Source: an uncultured Actinomycetes bacterium
Lineage (GTDB): Bacteria > Actinomycetota > Actinomycetes > Mycobacteriales > SCTD01
Length of the DNA: 64,000 bases
NCBI GenBank assembly: GCA_963784675.1
Contig: CAWASE010000013.1
Location: forward strand, 226,660-290,659
Direction: 5' to 3'
Translations under genes and position numbers: made by a program
The notes under the pieces: model-generated
What the model saw: the letters and a program-made list of their open reading frames with translations, nothing else
Told to the model about the DNA's origin: nothing
The model's database searches: none
Part shown: in pieces, positions 1 to 10,617 of the stretch
Layout: each line of letters starts with the position of its first letter
How positions within the stretch are numbered: the first letter of the stretch is position 1

Positions 1-425
1 GGCGAGGTGACGGCGCGCTCCTTCCAGGCCCGCACCGGGGCGGACGTGTACGGCTTGCGCATCAACAACGTCATCGAGCCGCACGAGTACGCCGAGAAGT
101 TCCCGCGTTCCTCGCCGACCCGTCGCTGCGGCGCCGCAACCTGTTCGCCTACATCGACGTCCGCGACCTGGGCCAGCTGGTGCAGCACTGCCTCCAGACC
201 GATGGACTGGGCTACGAGGTCTTCAACGTCGCGAACGCGGACCTTTCTGTCGCGGCGACCACGCGCGAGCTCCAGGACCGCTTCTACGACGGGGTAGAGG
301 TGCGTCGGGAGATGAGGCGTGACGAGACCTTCTACTGCATCGACAAGGCACGCGACCTCCTAGGGTTCGCCCCGAGCCACTCCTGGCGTGAGGTACTTGC
401 CGATCCCGCAGCCGGACCCGACTGA
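1..425 (+). pseudogene. NAD-dependent epimerase/dehydratase family protein, C-terminal part (5' end outside window), apparent frameshift
   Basis: nt 7-105 (frame 1) read ...GADVYGLRINNVIEPHEYAEKFP. From nt 105 (frame 3) the sequence reads AFLADPSLRRRNLFAYIDVRDLGQLVQHCLQTDGLGYEVFNVANAD...IDKARDLLGFAPSHSW, with a stop at 423-425. The two pieces are collinear parts of one SDR-type epimerase C-terminus and need a 1-nt frame change near nt 100-108. Confidence 0.5.
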
Positions 426-629
426 TCCCTTGGCCCTCGTGCTGCCGCCCCGGCCGGCGTCGGCAGCGCCCGACGTCGGCCCTCGGCGACCGGGGCGTGC
501 GATGACGCGGCGTCTGTGCCTAGAGTCGCGGGGTCGTCGCGAGGGCCGACGTTCCCCCGCTCCGGCGTCCTCGCGTCACCTGAGTGTCGCGGTCCGTCGA
601 GCGATGGTCCGCCTGCAACAGAAGGGCAG

Positions 630-2097
630 ATGCTCGTGAGCTCCGAGATCCCCGGCACCGTGAACATCAGCGACGTCCCGGCGTGGAGCGACGAGGTCGA
701 CGTGCTCGTCGTCGGCTTCGGCATCGCCGGTGGGTGCGCGGCCGTCGAGGCGGCTGCAGCCGGCGCCACGGTGCTCGTGCTCGAGCGGGCCGCGGTCGTC
801 GGCGGCACCAGCGCCATGGCCGGCGGTCACTTCTACCTCGGCGGCGGCACCGTCGTGCAACGGGCCACCGGGCACGACGACTCTGCGGAAGCAGATGTTC
901 GCCTACCTGATGCGGTCACCCCGCACCCGGAGCCGGACAAGATCCGCGACTACTGCGAGGGCAGCGTCGCGCACTGCGACTGGCTCGAGTCGCTCGGTTT
1001 CGAGTTCGAGCGCTCCTACTACCCGGAGAAGGCCGTCATCCAGCCCGGCACCGAGGGGCTGATGTACACCGGCAACGAGAAGTGCTGGCCCTACCTGCAG
1101 CACGCCAAGCCGGCCCCGCGCGGGCACAAGGTGCCCGGTTCCCGGCGACACCCAGGGCGCCTCTCTGGTGACCGGGCTGCTGGAGCGAGCGCGCCGCGGC
1201 GCTCGGCGTCGAGGTCCGGCTCGAGACGGGTGCGACGGCAGCTGGTCGTCGACGGCGAGCAGGTGGTGGGCGTGGCGTGGCGGCGCTTCGAACAGACGCG
1301 GGTTCGTCAAGGCTGCTGCGGTCGTGATCTGCGCGCGGCGGCTTCGTCATGAACGCGGACATGGTCGCCGAGCACACCCCAGAGCTGGCCAAGAAGCCCT
1401 TCCCGCTCGGCAGCACCTACGACGACGGGCTCGGCATCCGGCTCGGGCAGTCGGTCGGTGGCCAGGCGCTGCACATGGACCAGGCCTTCCTCACCGCCCC
1501 CGTGTACCCGCCGTCGATCCTGCTCACCGGCATCATCGTGAACAACCGCGGCAGAGCGCTTCGTGGCCGAGGACGGATATCACTCGCGGACGTCCGGCCA
1601 CGTCCTGGACCAGCCGGGGCAGGCGGCCTATCTCATCGTCGACAGCGAGCACCTCGAGCAGCCCGTCTTCCCGCTGACGCCGTTCATCGACGGTTGGGAG
1701 ACCGTACGCGGAGATGGAGCAGGCCCTCCGACTGCCCGCGGGCTCGTTGGTGGCGACGCTCGACCGCTACAACGAGCACGCGGCTCGTGGTGAGGATCCG
1801 GACTTCCACAAGAGCGAGCCCTGGGTGCAGCCGCAGACCGTCGGACCGTGGGGTGCGTTCGACCTGACGCTGGGGACGGCGCTGTATGCCGGGTTCACCC
1901 TCGGTGGGCTCCGCACGTCCCGCCACGGGCAGGTGCTGCGCGAGGACGGTCGCCCCGTCCGCGGTCTCTACGCCGCCGGTGCGTGCGCGGCGAACATCGC
2001 GCAGGACGGCAAGGGCTACAGCAGCGGCACCCAGCTCGGGGAAGGCTCCTTCTTCGGACGCGCTGCGGGGCGGCACGCCGCCGGCAAGGACACTTGA
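630..2097 (+). pseudogene. FAD-binding dehydrogenase (fumarate reductase / 3-ketosteroid dehydrogenase flavoprotein family), reading frame broken about 7 times
   Basis: ATG at 630. N-terminal dinucleotide fold VDVLVVGFGIAGGCAAVEAAAAGATVLVLERAAVVGGTSAMAGG. C-terminal GLYAAGACAANIAQDGKGYSSGTQLGEGSFFGRAAG. The protein can be followed only by hopping frames 3>1>2>3>1>2>3>1 near nt 1143, 1201, 1241, 1299, 1336, 1553 and 1703. 1468 nt minus 7 equals exactly 487 codons. Confidence 0.65.
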
Positions 2098-2167
2098 CCG
2101 ACCTCGCGAGCGCTGCGACTGAGCGCCACGCTGCGCTCCAGCGGCATCGCGGGGCGGGCGCCTGGCG

Positions 2168-2746
2168 TCAACCGAGCCCGTCGAGCAGCGAGACCACGCG
2201 CCCCAGCAGCAGCTCGGCGGCCGCCGCGTCGTAGTCGGGCAGGCTGCTGTCCGCGAACAGGTGGGCCCGGCCCGGATAGACGAACAGCTCGGCACCGGAC
2301 GTCGACGCCACCAGCTCGCGCGCGGCCTCCAGATCGCCCTCGTCGGCGAAGACGGGGTCGGCGTCCATGCCATGGACCTGGACGGGGACGCCCGCCGGCC
2401 ACGGACCACCGAACTCTGCCGGGGGCAGGCAGGAGCTGCACAGGACGGCGGCCCGCGCACCTGGCCGGTTCTGCGCGAGATCCTGCGCGGCCATGACGCC
2501 CATCGAGAAACCCACGTAGACGAGCTCGGCCGGCAGCCCGTCGGCGGCGGCCTTGCCCCGTTCGGCAACCGCGGCGAAGCCGACGCTGCGCGCGTAGGCC
2601 AGGCCGGCGTCGAGGTCGTCGAACACGTGGCCGTCGTAGAGGTCGGGCGCGTGCACGGTGTGGCCCGCCCTGCGCAGATCCTCAGCAAAGCTGCGGACGC
2701 CTGCGGTGAGCCCTTGCGCGTGGTGGAGCACGAGTACTTCAGCCAT
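2168..2746 (-). CDS. dienelactone hydrolase family protein
   Basis: MAEVLVLHHAQGLTAGVRSFAEDLRRAGHTVHAPDLY...VGFSMGV...HLFAD is a typical DLH layout. The second ATG (2746) is preferred because GGAG lies 6 nt upstream. The longest ORF starts at 2752. Confidence 0.8.
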   Translation of the reverse strand: MAEVLVLHHAQGLTAGVRSFAEDLRRAGHTVHAPDLYDGHVFDDLDAGLAYARSVGFAAVAERGKAAADGLPAELVYVGFSMGVMAAQDLAQNRPGARAAVLCSSCLPPAEFGGPWPAGVPVQVHGMDADPVFADEGDLEAARELVASTSGAELFVYPGRAHLFADSSLPDYDAAAAELLLGRVVSLLDGLG

Positions 2747-2848
2747 GAGCATCTCCTGTTCGGCGGTGGAGACGTCTCTACCCCCTCAACGGCCCGCTCA
2801 CCGGGACGTCGCGGACTGTCGCCCGTGCCGCGTGCCAGGCTCCGCTGC

Positions 2849-4087
2849 ATGAGTCGGCTGGCCCGAATGGCCTCAGGGAAGCTGCCCGAGACGGCGCGTG
2901 CCCTCTCCGAGCGGGCGGTGCTGCCCGTCCCGGAAGCGACGCCGGAGACCGCCGCCGCCTTCGGGCAGCTGGCCGGCAGCTATGCCCGGCTGGCCGCACG
3001 CCGGGCACCCGGACTGGCCACGGGGGTGGGCTTCACGGCGCTGGCCACGGTAGGGCTCGGCCCGGTCGCGTCCGACGTCCGCGCCACCGGACCGCTGTTC
3101 GACGCTGCGCTCGCGGAGGCCTTCGGTCCCGGTTGGCAGGGTGCGGTCGCCCGCCCCGCCTGGCTGCAGGCCGAGCCGGCCCGGCGCCGGGAGGGTCCGT
3201 TCGGCGCTGCCGTCGCGCGACGTCGCTATGCCCTCGGACGCGACCAGCGCTACGGCGACGGTCCGCGGGGCCTGCTCGACGTCTGGCGACGGCCGGACCT
3301 GCCGCCGGGAGCGCAGGCGCCGATCGTGCTGCAGATCCCGGGTGGGGCGTGGGTCATGGGCTCACGCCGGGGGCAGGCGCACCCGCTGATGAGTCACCTG
3401 GTCGGACGCGGTTGGATCTGTGCCTCGATGAGCTATCGGCTCTCACCTCGGCACGCCTGGCCGGCCCACGTCGTCGACGTCAAGCGCGCCATCGGCTGGC
3501 TACGCCGCCACGCCGCCAGCTTCGGTGGCGACGGCCGCACCATCGTCGTCACGGGGGGATCTGCGGGAGGTCACCTCGCCGCGCTGGCGGCGCTCACGCC
3601 GGGCGACGTGCAGTTCCAGCCTGGGTTCGAACAGGTGGATACGTCGGTGGCTGCGGCGGTCCCGTTGTACGGACGCTACGACTGGGTGGCGCGCGAGGGC
3701 GAGGGACGCGAGCACTTCATGCGCTTCCTGGAGCGGGTGGTCGTCAAGCAGCGGCAAGCCCGTGCCCCGCACGCGTTCGAAGCCGCGTCACCGTTGCACC
3801 GCATCCGTGCAGACGCGCCACCGTTCCTGGTCGTCCACGGCCGCAGCGACACCATCATCCCGATCGAGCAGGGGCGTCAGTTCGCAGCGACCCTGCGGGT
3901 GCACAGCGACAACCCCGTGGCCTGGGTCGAGCTCCCCGGCGCCCATCACGCCTTCGACGTGGTCGCCACGCGACGCACGGCGCGGGTGTGTCAGGGCGTC
4001 GGTGACTTCCTCGGGGTGGTGCTCGGCAACGAGCAGCGCCGGCTCGCCGCGCTGCCGGCGACGCCCGTGGCGCGGGCGCACGCATGA
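2849..4087 (+). CDS. alpha/beta hydrolase (esterase/lipase family)
   Basis: IVLQIPGGAWVMG oxyanion region, nucleophile elbow VTGGSAGGHLAA, and C-terminal VVHGRSDTIIP...HHAFD. The ORF upstream of ATG 2849 is antisense overlap with the DLH gene and is not coding-like. Confidence 0.8.
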   Translation: MSRLARMASGKLPETARALSERAVLPVPEATPETAAAFGQLAGSYARLAARRAPGLATGVGFTALATVGLGPVASDVRATGPLFDAALAEAFGPGWQGAVARPAWLQAEPARRREGPFGAAVARRRYALGRDQRYGDGPRGLLDVWRRPDLPPGAQAPIVLQIPGGAWVMGSRRGQAHPLMSHLVGRGWICASMSYRLSPRHAWPAHVVDVKRAIGWLRRHAASFGGDGRTIVVTGGSAGGHLAALAALTPGDVQFQPGFEQVDTSVAAAVPLYGRYDWVAREGEGREHFMRFLERVVVKQRQARAPHAFEAASPLHRIRADAPPFLVVHGRSDTIIPIEQGRQFAATLRVHSDNPVAWVELPGAHHAFDVVATRRTARVCQGVGDFLGVVLGNEQRRLAALPATPVARAHA

Positions 4088-4869
4088 TCCTTCAGGTCGA
4101 CGACGTCCACCGCGTGCGCACCCTGACGCTGAACCGTCCTGAGCAGCTGAACGCGTTCAACGAGGCGCTCTACGACGCCACCGCCGACGCGCTGCTGGAG
4201 GCGGACGCCGATCCGTCGGTGGCCGTCGTGCTGCTGACCGGCAGCGGCCGGGCGTTCTGCGCCGGGACTGATCTGGGGGAGATGGCGACGCGGCTGAGCG
4301 ACGCCGACTTCCGGCCGGGGCGGCACGGTTTCACCGGGCTGCTCGATGCGCTGCAGAACCTGCGCAAGCCCTTGGTGCTGGCGGTGAACGGACTCGGTCT
4401 GGGGATCGGCGTCACCCTGGTCGGCTTCGCGGATCTCGTCTTCATGTCCGCCGAAGCGCGTTTCAAGTGCCCGTTCACCAGCCTGGGCGTCGCGCCGGAG
4501 GCAGCCTCGAGCTACCTTCTGCCGCTGCTCGTCGGCCGGCAGAACGCCGCCTGGACGTTGCTGTCCTCGGAGTGGATCAGCGCGGAGCAGGCCCGCGAGA
4601 TGGGGCTCGTCTGGCAGCTGTGCGACCCGTCGGACCTGCTCGCGACCGCACACCGGCACGCCGCGCTGCTGGCTGCGCGACCGCTGTCGAGCCTGATCGC
4701 CGTCAAGCAGGCCATGACCGCTCCGCTGCGGGAGCAGATCGCCCAAGCGCGGGTCCGCGAGAACGCCGCCTTCGCCGAGCTGATGGGCGGTCCGGCCAAC
4801 CTCGAAGCCCTCGCGGCCTTCGCCGAGGGACGGCCACCGGACTTCACCACCCTGCCCCCTGGTTGGTAG
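4084..4869 (+). CDS. enoyl-CoA hydratase/isomerase (crotonase) family protein
   Basis: LTLNRPEQLNAFN...VVLLTGSGRAFCAGTDL...AVNGLGLGIGVTL. ATGA start/stop overlap with the esterase gene. Confidence 0.85.
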   Translation: MILQVDDVHRVRTLTLNRPEQLNAFNEALYDATADALLEADADPSVAVVLLTGSGRAFCAGTDLGEMATRLSDADFRPGRHGFTGLLDALQNLRKPLVLAVNGLGLGIGVTLVGFADLVFMSAEARFKCPFTSLGVAPEAASSYLLPLLVGRQNAAWTLLSSEWISAEQAREMGLVWQLCDPSDLLATAHRHAALLAARPLSSLIAVKQAMTAPLREQIAQARVRENAAFAELMGGPANLEALAAFAEGRPPDFTTLPPGW

Positions 4870-5035
4870 CCACCGCGGCCGCAGGATCGCGGACGTCCGC
4901 CGCTCGGGAGCCCGGCCGCCCCGACGGGTCCCGCACCAGAGGTCGCCGGTCGGGATGACGGCGGCGCCAGAGCGACTTGTCTCCGGTGGAGGAGGTCGTG
5001 ATGACGTGTGACCGGCACCCGGGCTCGGCGGGCGC

Positions 5036-7033
5036 ATGACCCTGCTGACCGCTGCGGCAGGACCGCCTGCCTACCTCACCCCGGTGGCCGCGCTGCTCGT
5101 CGCCGCCGCCCTGATCGGTTACGCGAGCGTGCGGCTGCGGGTCGTGCCGATCGTCGGGTTCCTGCTCGCCGGGGTGCTGCTGGGCCCCCACGCGGTCGGG
5201 CTGCTGCGCGAGCGCGAGGTGCTGGCGGCGGCCGCCGAGGTGGGGGTGATCCTGCTGCTGTTCACCATCGGCATCGAGTTCTCGCTGGGTCGGCTGAACA
5301 GCATCCGACGGCTCGTCCTGCTCGGCGGATCGGTGCAGGTGCTGGCCAGCATCGGTCTGGTCACCGGCCTGCTCACCGCCGTCGGCGTGGGCTGGCGCCC
5401 GGCGGTGTTCACGGGGTTCCTCGTCGCCCTGTCGTCCACGGCCATCGTGCTGAAGCTGCTGGGGGACCGTGGGGAGACGGGTTCGCGCGCAGGCCAGGCC
5501 GGGCTGGCGCTGCTGGTCTTCCAGGACCTCGCGGTCGTCGTGATGGTGCTGCTGCTGCCCGTCCTCGGCGGGCAGGGCGGGAGCGGGCTGCCGCAGATCG
5601 CGCGGGCGCTCGGCACCGCCGCGCTCGTCATCGCCGTGACCCTGCTGGCAGCGCGCCGGCTCGTCCCGCCCGTGCTGGAAGCCGTCGCGCGCTCGTGCTC
5701 GCCGGAGGTGTTCCTGCTGTCGGTGATCGCGCTGTGCCTCGGCACCGCGTACCTGACCTCGCTGGCCGGCGTGTCGGTGTCGCTCGGCGCGTTCCTCGCC
5801 GGTCTGGTCGTCAGCGAGTCCCGGCACAGCTCGCACGCCCTGTCGGAGGTGCTCCCGCTGCAGATCTTGTTCTCGGCGGTGTTCTTCGTGTCCGTCGGCA
5901 CGCTGCTGGACCTGCGCTTCCTGGTGCAGGAACCGCTGCTGGTGCTGGGTGCGATCGCCCTGGTCCTGGTCGTCAAGACCCTGACGACCTTCCTCGCGAC
6001 GCGGGTCGTCGGGCTACCCGTCGCTACCGGACTGACGCTCGCGCTGCTGCTGGCGCAGGTCGGCGAGTTCGCCTTCGTCCTGGACGCCGCGGGGCGGGCC
6101 GAGGGGCTGTCACCGGCCGGTCTCGGAGACGACGGAGCGCAGGCGTTCATCGCCGCGACGGTGCTGCTCCTGGTCGCGACGCCGGCCCTGGCCGCGTCCG
6201 GTCGCTCGCTCGCGGGGCGCCGGGACCGTCGACGCATGACGGTCGCCGCCCGGCTGCCGCAGCCGGCGCCGCCCCCGGACGGTCACGTGATCGTGTCGGG
6301 CTGGGGCGGCACGGCGCGCCACCTCGCCGGGGAGCTGCAGGCGGCGGGTGTCCCGCTGGTCGTGACCACCTTGAACCCGGACGGCGCGAAGGAGGCCGAG
6401 CTGCTCGGTCACACGGTCGTGCGCGGCGACTCCCGCCGGCCTCTCGTGCTGACCGAAGCCGGCTTGTCCACCGCCCGGCTCCTCGTCATCGGAGACGACG
6501 ATGCCGGGCAGACGGCCCTGATCGCGGCCGTGGTCGCGGCGCTGGCGCCAGGGGTGCCGATCATCGCGCGGGCTGACGTCGAGGACGTGATCGGCGACCT
6601 CGCGGAGGCCGGGGTCGGGCGGCTGGTGCTCAACGACCGCGCCGTGCAGCGGTCGTTCGCGCAGGCGGTGCGCGCGGCGCTCGGCAAGCCGCCGATGGCG
6701 CTGCCCGACGCTGCGGCGACCCGGATCGACACGACAGGTGTCGTGCGCTGGCGGGCGACCCCGGAGGAGTCCTGCGTCCACGCCGCGCAGACCCGACCCG
6801 TGGTGCCCCGCTCGCTGGGGTGCGGCGCCTGCCTGAAGCAGGGGCTGTCCTGGGTGCACCTGCGACTGTGCCTGACCTGCGGAGAGGTCGGCTGCTGCGA
6901 CTCCTCCCCGGGCCGGCACGCCACGGCGCACGCACAGGGCCACGTCGGGCACGACGTCATCACCTCGCTCGAGCCCGGCGAGAGCTGGGGCTGGTGCTAT
7001 CCCGACCAGCGTCGCCTCTCGCCGCAGGTCTAG
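5036..7033 (+). CDS. CPA2 (Kef-type) cation:proton antiporter with TrkA-N domain and C-terminal UBP-type zinc finger
   Basis: About 380 aa of polytopic membrane domain ([26 protein letters not shown]). A Rossmann-like [18 protein letters not shown] follows. The C-terminal about 85 aa read CVHAAQ...[62 protein letters not shown], the Cys/His pattern of zf-UBP. Confidence 0.85.
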   Translation: MTLLTAAAGPPAYLTPVAALLVAAALIGYASVRLRVVPIVGFLLAGVLLGPHAVGLLREREVLAAAAEVGVILLLFTIGIEFSLGRLNSIRRLVLLGGSVQVLASIGLVTGLLTAVGVGWRPAVFTGFLVALSSTAIVLKLLGDRGETGSRAGQAGLALLVFQDLAVVVMVLLLPVLGGQGGSGLPQIARALGTAALVIAVTLLAARRLVPPVLEAVARSCSPEVFLLSVIALCLGTAYLTSLAGVSVSLGAFLAGLVVSESRHSSHALSEVLPLQILFSAVFFVSVGTLLDLRFLVQEPLLVLGAIALVLVVKTLTTFLATRVVGLPVATGLTLALLLAQVGEFAFVLDAAGRAEGLSPAGLGDDGAQAFIAATVLLLVATPALAASGRSLAGRRDRRRMTVAARLPQPAPPPDGHVIVSGWGGTARHLAGELQAAGVPLVVTTLNPDGAKEAELLGHTVVRGDSRRPLVLTEAGLSTARLLVIGDDDAGQTALIAAVVAALAPGVPIIARADVEDVIGDLAEAGVGRLVLNDRAVQRSFAQAVRAALGKPPMALPDAAATRIDTTGVVRWRATPEESCVHAAQTRPVVPRSLGCGACLKQGLSWVHLRLCLTCGEVGCCDSSPGRHATAHAQGHVGHDVITSLEPGESWGWCYPDQRRLSPQV

Positions 7034-8049
7034 AGGCTCGCCGACAAGCCCTTGAGAGGCATCTTCAGGTCGGCCAGCATCTCAAGGTCCTGCGTGGCCG
7101 GACGTCCCAGCGTCGTCAGGTAGTTGCCGACGATGACGGCGTTGATGCCGCCGAGCATGCCGTCGCGGGCCAGGTCGCCCAGGGTGATCTCGCGCCCGCC
7201 GGCGAACCGCAGGATCGTGCGCGGCAGGGCCAGCCGGAACACCGCGATCGCCTGCAAGGCCTCCTCGGCCGCGAGCACCGGCAGCTCGCCGAAGGGCGTC
7301 CCGGGCCGGGGGTTGAGGAAGTTCAGCGGGACCTCGTCCGGCTCGAGCTCGGCTAGCTGACAGGCGAACTCGGCTCGCTGCTCGAGCGTCTCCCCCATTC
7401 CGAGGATGCCTCCGCAGCAGACCTCCATCCCCGCTGCGCGGACCATCGACAGCGTCTGCCAGCGCTCCTCCCAGGTGTGCGTCGTGACGACCTTCGGGAA
7501 GTGGGAGCGCGCCGTCTCCAGGTTGTGGTTGTAGCGGTGGACGCCGATGGCGGTCAGTCGGTCCACCTGCTCCTGGGTCAGCATCCCGAGCGAGCAGGCC
7601 ACCTGGATGTCGACGGCAGCGCGGATCGCCGCGACGCCCTTCTCGACCTGCGCCATCAGCTTCTCGTCGGGACCGCGCACCGCTGCCACGATGCAGAACT
7701 CGGTCGCGCCCGTCGCTGCTGTCTCCACGGCTGCCTTGACGAGCGCGGGGACGTCCAGCCAGGCAGCGCGGACCGGCGAGGGGAACAGGCCCGACTGCGA
7801 GCAGAAGTGGCAGTCCTCGGGACAGCCGCCGGTCTTGAGGCTGACGATCCCCTCGACCTCCACCTCGGGGCCGCAGTGCCGCATCCGCACCTCGTGGGCC
7901 AGCGCGAGCAGGTCCGGCAGCTGCTCGACGGGCAGCTGCAGCAGCGCCAGGGCCTGCGCCTGCGTGACGCCGACGCCGCGCTCGAGCACCTGCTCGCGGC
8001 ACTCGTCCAGCAGCGGCGACAGGGGGGTCGGCTCGAGCAGCTCGGTCAC
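7030..8049 (-). CDS. bioB: biotin synthase
   Basis: Radical-SAM motif [13 protein letters not shown] and near full-length resemblance to mycobacterial BioB ([23 protein letters not shown]...[15 protein letters not shown]). The GTG at 8049 has GAGGA 5 nt upstream. The longest ORF (to 8226) would overlap the divergent atuA-like start. Confidence 0.9.
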   Translation of the reverse strand: MTELLEPTPLSPLLDECREQVLERGVGVTQAQALALLQLPVEQLPDLLALAHEVRMRHCGPEVEVEGIVSLKTGGCPEDCHFCSQSGLFPSPVRAAWLDVPALVKAAVETAATGATEFCIVAAVRGPDEKLMAQVEKGVAAIRAAVDIQVACSLGMLTQEQVDRLTAIGVHRYNHNLETARSHFPKVVTTHTWEERWQTLSMVRAAGMEVCCGGILGMGETLEQRAEFACQLAELEPDEVPLNFLNPRPGTPFGELPVLAAEEALQAIAVFRLALPRTILRFAGGREITLGDLARDGMLGGINAVIVGNYLTTLGRPATQDLEMLADLKMPLKGLSASL

Positions 8050-8188
8050 GTCGGTCCTCGTTCGAAGGGGCTCAGCAGGGGGTTCCGCGACGACGACGCT
8101 AGCGGTCCCCCGGTGCGCTGCCGGCCGGCCCGGGAGCCCCTCGGTGGAGCCGGTCGGGGCTGGAGCGCGGCGTGCAAAGATCCGACGG

Positions 8189-10039
8189 GTGACCCGAGCC
8201 CCCGACCGCGCGATCCGTATCGGCAACTGCTCCGGCTTCTACGGAGACCGCCACCTGGCCATGCAGGAGATGGTGGAGGGCGGGCCGCTCGACGTCCTCA
8301 CCGGCGACTACCTCGCCGAGCTGACGATGCTGATCCTGTGGAAGGCCCGCCGCAAGGACCCGACCGCCGGCTATGCGAGGTCGTTCCTGCTGCAGCTGGA
8401 GAGCTGCCTCGGGACCGCTCTGGACGGCGGCGTCAAGATCGTGGTGAATGCGGGCGGGCTGAATCCCGCCGGGCTGGCCGAGCAGGTGAGCCTGCTGGCC
8501 GACCGTCTCGGGCTCTCGCCGAAGGTGGCCTACCTGGACGGCGACGACCTCACCCCGCGCCTGGCGGAGCTGATGGCCGCCGGTCACCCGCTCACCCACC
8601 TGGATACCGGGCGCTCGCTGCGCGAGGTGGACGTCGTCCCCGTCACCGCCAACGCCTATCTCGGGGGGTGGGGCATCGCCGCCGCGCTGGAGGCCGGGGC
8701 CGACATCGTCATCGCGCCACGGGTCACCGACGCGTCCCTGGTCGTCGGTCCGGCGGCCTGGTGGCACGGTTGGTCGCGCGAGGACCACGACGCCCTCGCC
8801 GGAGCCGTCGCTGCTGGGCACGTGATCGAGTGCGGGCCCCAGGCGACCGGTGGCAACTACTGCTTCGCCGACGAGGTCGTCGACCGGCGCTACCCGGGCT
8901 TCCCGATCGCGGAGGTCGCCGCCGACGGCAGCGCCGTCATCACCAAGCACGACGGCACCGGGGGCGTCGTCAGCGAGGGCACCGTCACCGCGCAGCTGCT
9001 GTACGAGATCGCCGGCCCGGCGTACGCGAACCCGGACGTCGTCGCGCACTTCGACACCCTCGAGGTCGCGCAGGAGGGCCCCGACCGGGTCCGCCTGAGC
9101 GGGTGCCGGGGTTCGGCCCCCACCGGGTCGCTGAAGGTGGCCATCGACTACCTCGGCGGCTATCGCAACACCATGACGATGGTGCTCACCGGTCTGGACA
9201 TCGAGCGCAAGGCGGCCTGGGCCGAACGACTGCTCTTCGAGGTCCTCGGCGGCGCTGAGCAGTTCGACGACGTCGACGTGCGGCTGCTGCGCTTCCAGCA
9301 GGACGACGCGCCGACCAACGAGCAGGCCACCGCCCACCTGCGCATCACGGTCAAGCACCGCGACAAGGCCGTGGTCGGACGGCGCTTCTCGCACGCGACG
9401 ATGGAGCTGGCCCTGGGTGGGTACGCGGGTTTCCACACCACCACCCCTCCCACGGACGCCCAGGACTACGGCGTCTACTGGCCGGCGCTGGTTCCGGCCG
9501 ACGTCGTCACGCACCGCCTGGTCCTGCCCGACGGGAGCACGCGGACGATCCCGCACAGCCGCGCCGCGGCGGGTTCCTGGCCGAGCCCGGTCCCGTCCGC
9601 ACCCGAGGTCGCCCCGGTCCTGGACGCCGGCGCCGAGGGCACGGTCCGGGTCCCGCTCGGGCTGGTCTGCGGGGCCCGCTCGGGGGACAAGGGCGGCAAC
9701 GCGAACCTGGGTCTGTGGGTTCGTACCGACGACGAACACCGCTGGCTGCAGGCCTATCTCACCGTGCAGCGGCTGCGCGAGCTGCTGCCGGAAGCGGCGG
9801 ACCTGGACATCCACCGGTACGAGCTGCCGAACCTGAGAGCGCTCAACTTCGTCGTCGTCGGGCTGCTCGGCAGCGGGGTCGCCGACTCCTCCCGTCCCGA
9901 TCCGCAGGCGAAGGGGCTCGGCGAGTACGTCCGGTCGCGGCTGGTGGACCTCCCCCTGGCGCTCCAGCCGTCGCCTGCGGCGCAGGAGCGACCCGGGGAG
10001 GCCCAGTCAGCAGACGACGACCGTCGCCCAGCCGGCTGA
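8189..10039 (+). CDS. acyclic terpene utilisation AtuA family protein (DUF1446 plus C-terminal DUF4387-like region)
   Basis: [39 protein letters not shown]...[11 protein letters not shown]...[15 protein letters not shown]...[15 protein letters not shown] start at 8189 is in frame. The ORF upstream of it is antisense to bioB. Confidence 0.8.
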   Translation: MTRAPDRAIRIGNCSGFYGDRHLAMQEMVEGGPLDVLTGDYLAELTMLILWKARRKDPTAGYARSFLLQLESCLGTALDGGVKIVVNAGGLNPAGLAEQVSLLADRLGLSPKVAYLDGDDLTPRLAELMAAGHPLTHLDTGRSLREVDVVPVTANAYLGGWGIAAALEAGADIVIAPRVTDASLVVGPAAWWHGWSREDHDALAGAVAAGHVIECGPQATGGNYCFADEVVDRRYPGFPIAEVAADGSAVITKHDGTGGVVSEGTVTAQLLYEIAGPAYANPDVVAHFDTLEVAQEGPDRVRLSGCRGSAPTGSLKVAIDYLGGYRNTMTMVLTGLDIERKAAWAERLLFEVLGGAEQFDDVDVRLLRFQQDDAPTNEQATAHLRITVKHRDKAVVGRRFSHATMELALGGYAGFHTTTPPTDAQDYGVYWPALVPADVVTHRLVLPDGSTRTIPHSRAAAGSWPSPVPSAPEVAPVLDAGAEGTVRVPLGLVCGARSGDKGGNANLGLWVRTDDEHRWLQAYLTVQRLRELLPEAADLDIHRYELPNLRALNFVVVGLLGSGVADSSRPDPQAKGLGEYVRSRLVDLPLALQPSPAAQERPGEAQSADDDRRPAG

Positions 10040-10063
10040 CAGCACTGACAGCACGGACACCAC
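10037..10063. repeat. 9-nt tandem repeat (tgacagcac x2 plus ggacaccac) between convergent genes
   Basis: Read directly: tgacagcac tgacagcac ggacaccac. It starts at the atuA-like stop codon. Confidence 0.7.
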
Positions 10064-10086
10064 GCGCGTCGCGCCCAGCAGCACCC

Positions 10087-10617
10087 TCAGACCGGTACGA
10101 GGTGGAACACCCGTAGCTCGCGTCCACCGCTGAGCTCGACATAGCGGTCGTACGTCGGCCACACGCGGGTCAGGCGGGGCCAGACCGCCTGCTTCTCGAG
10201 GCCGTCGAGCAGACGAGCCTGCACCGCCACCGTCGCGCCGCGGAAGGTGACCTTCGCCGCCGGGGTCTGCAACAGGTTGCCGGTCCAGGCCGGGTGCTTG
10301 GGCTGGCCGAAGTTGCTGCCCACGACGTAGAAGCTGCCGTCGTCCTCGGGCAGGCAGGCCAGCGGGGTCTGGCGTTCCTGGCCGCTGCGGGCGCCGGTCG
10401 CGGTGAGGACCAGGCTGGGGACGATCAGCCGGCTGAGCACGAAGTGACCGCGGGTCAGGGTGGCGAGGGCGCGGTCCACCCGCGGGACGACGTGCCTGGC
10501 GACCGGGGCGAACTGGCGCGACCCGGCAACGTGCTGGACGACTCGACCGATCCCGCCGTTGACGTCCATCGCGCGACCGTAGCGTCCGCTGCGCGAGCCC
10601 GCCAGGCTCGCGGTCAC
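10087..10617 (-). CDS. nitroreductase-family deazaflavin (F420)-dependent oxidoreductase (Ddn/DUF385 type)
   Basis: LVLTATGARSGQERQTPLACLPEDDGSFYVVGSNFGQPKHPAWTGNL...VWPTYDRY. The GTG at 10617 overlaps the TetR stop (GTGA). An alternative ATG lies at 10569. Confidence 0.8.
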   Translation of the reverse strand: MTASLAGSRSGRYGRAMDVNGGIGRVVQHVAGSRQFAPVARHVVPRVDRALATLTRGHFVLSRLIVPSLVLTATGARSGQERQTPLACLPEDDGSFYVVGSNFGQPKHPAWTGNLLQTPAAKVTFRGATVAVQARLLDGLEKQAVWPRLTRVWPTYDRYVELSGGRELRVFHLVPV

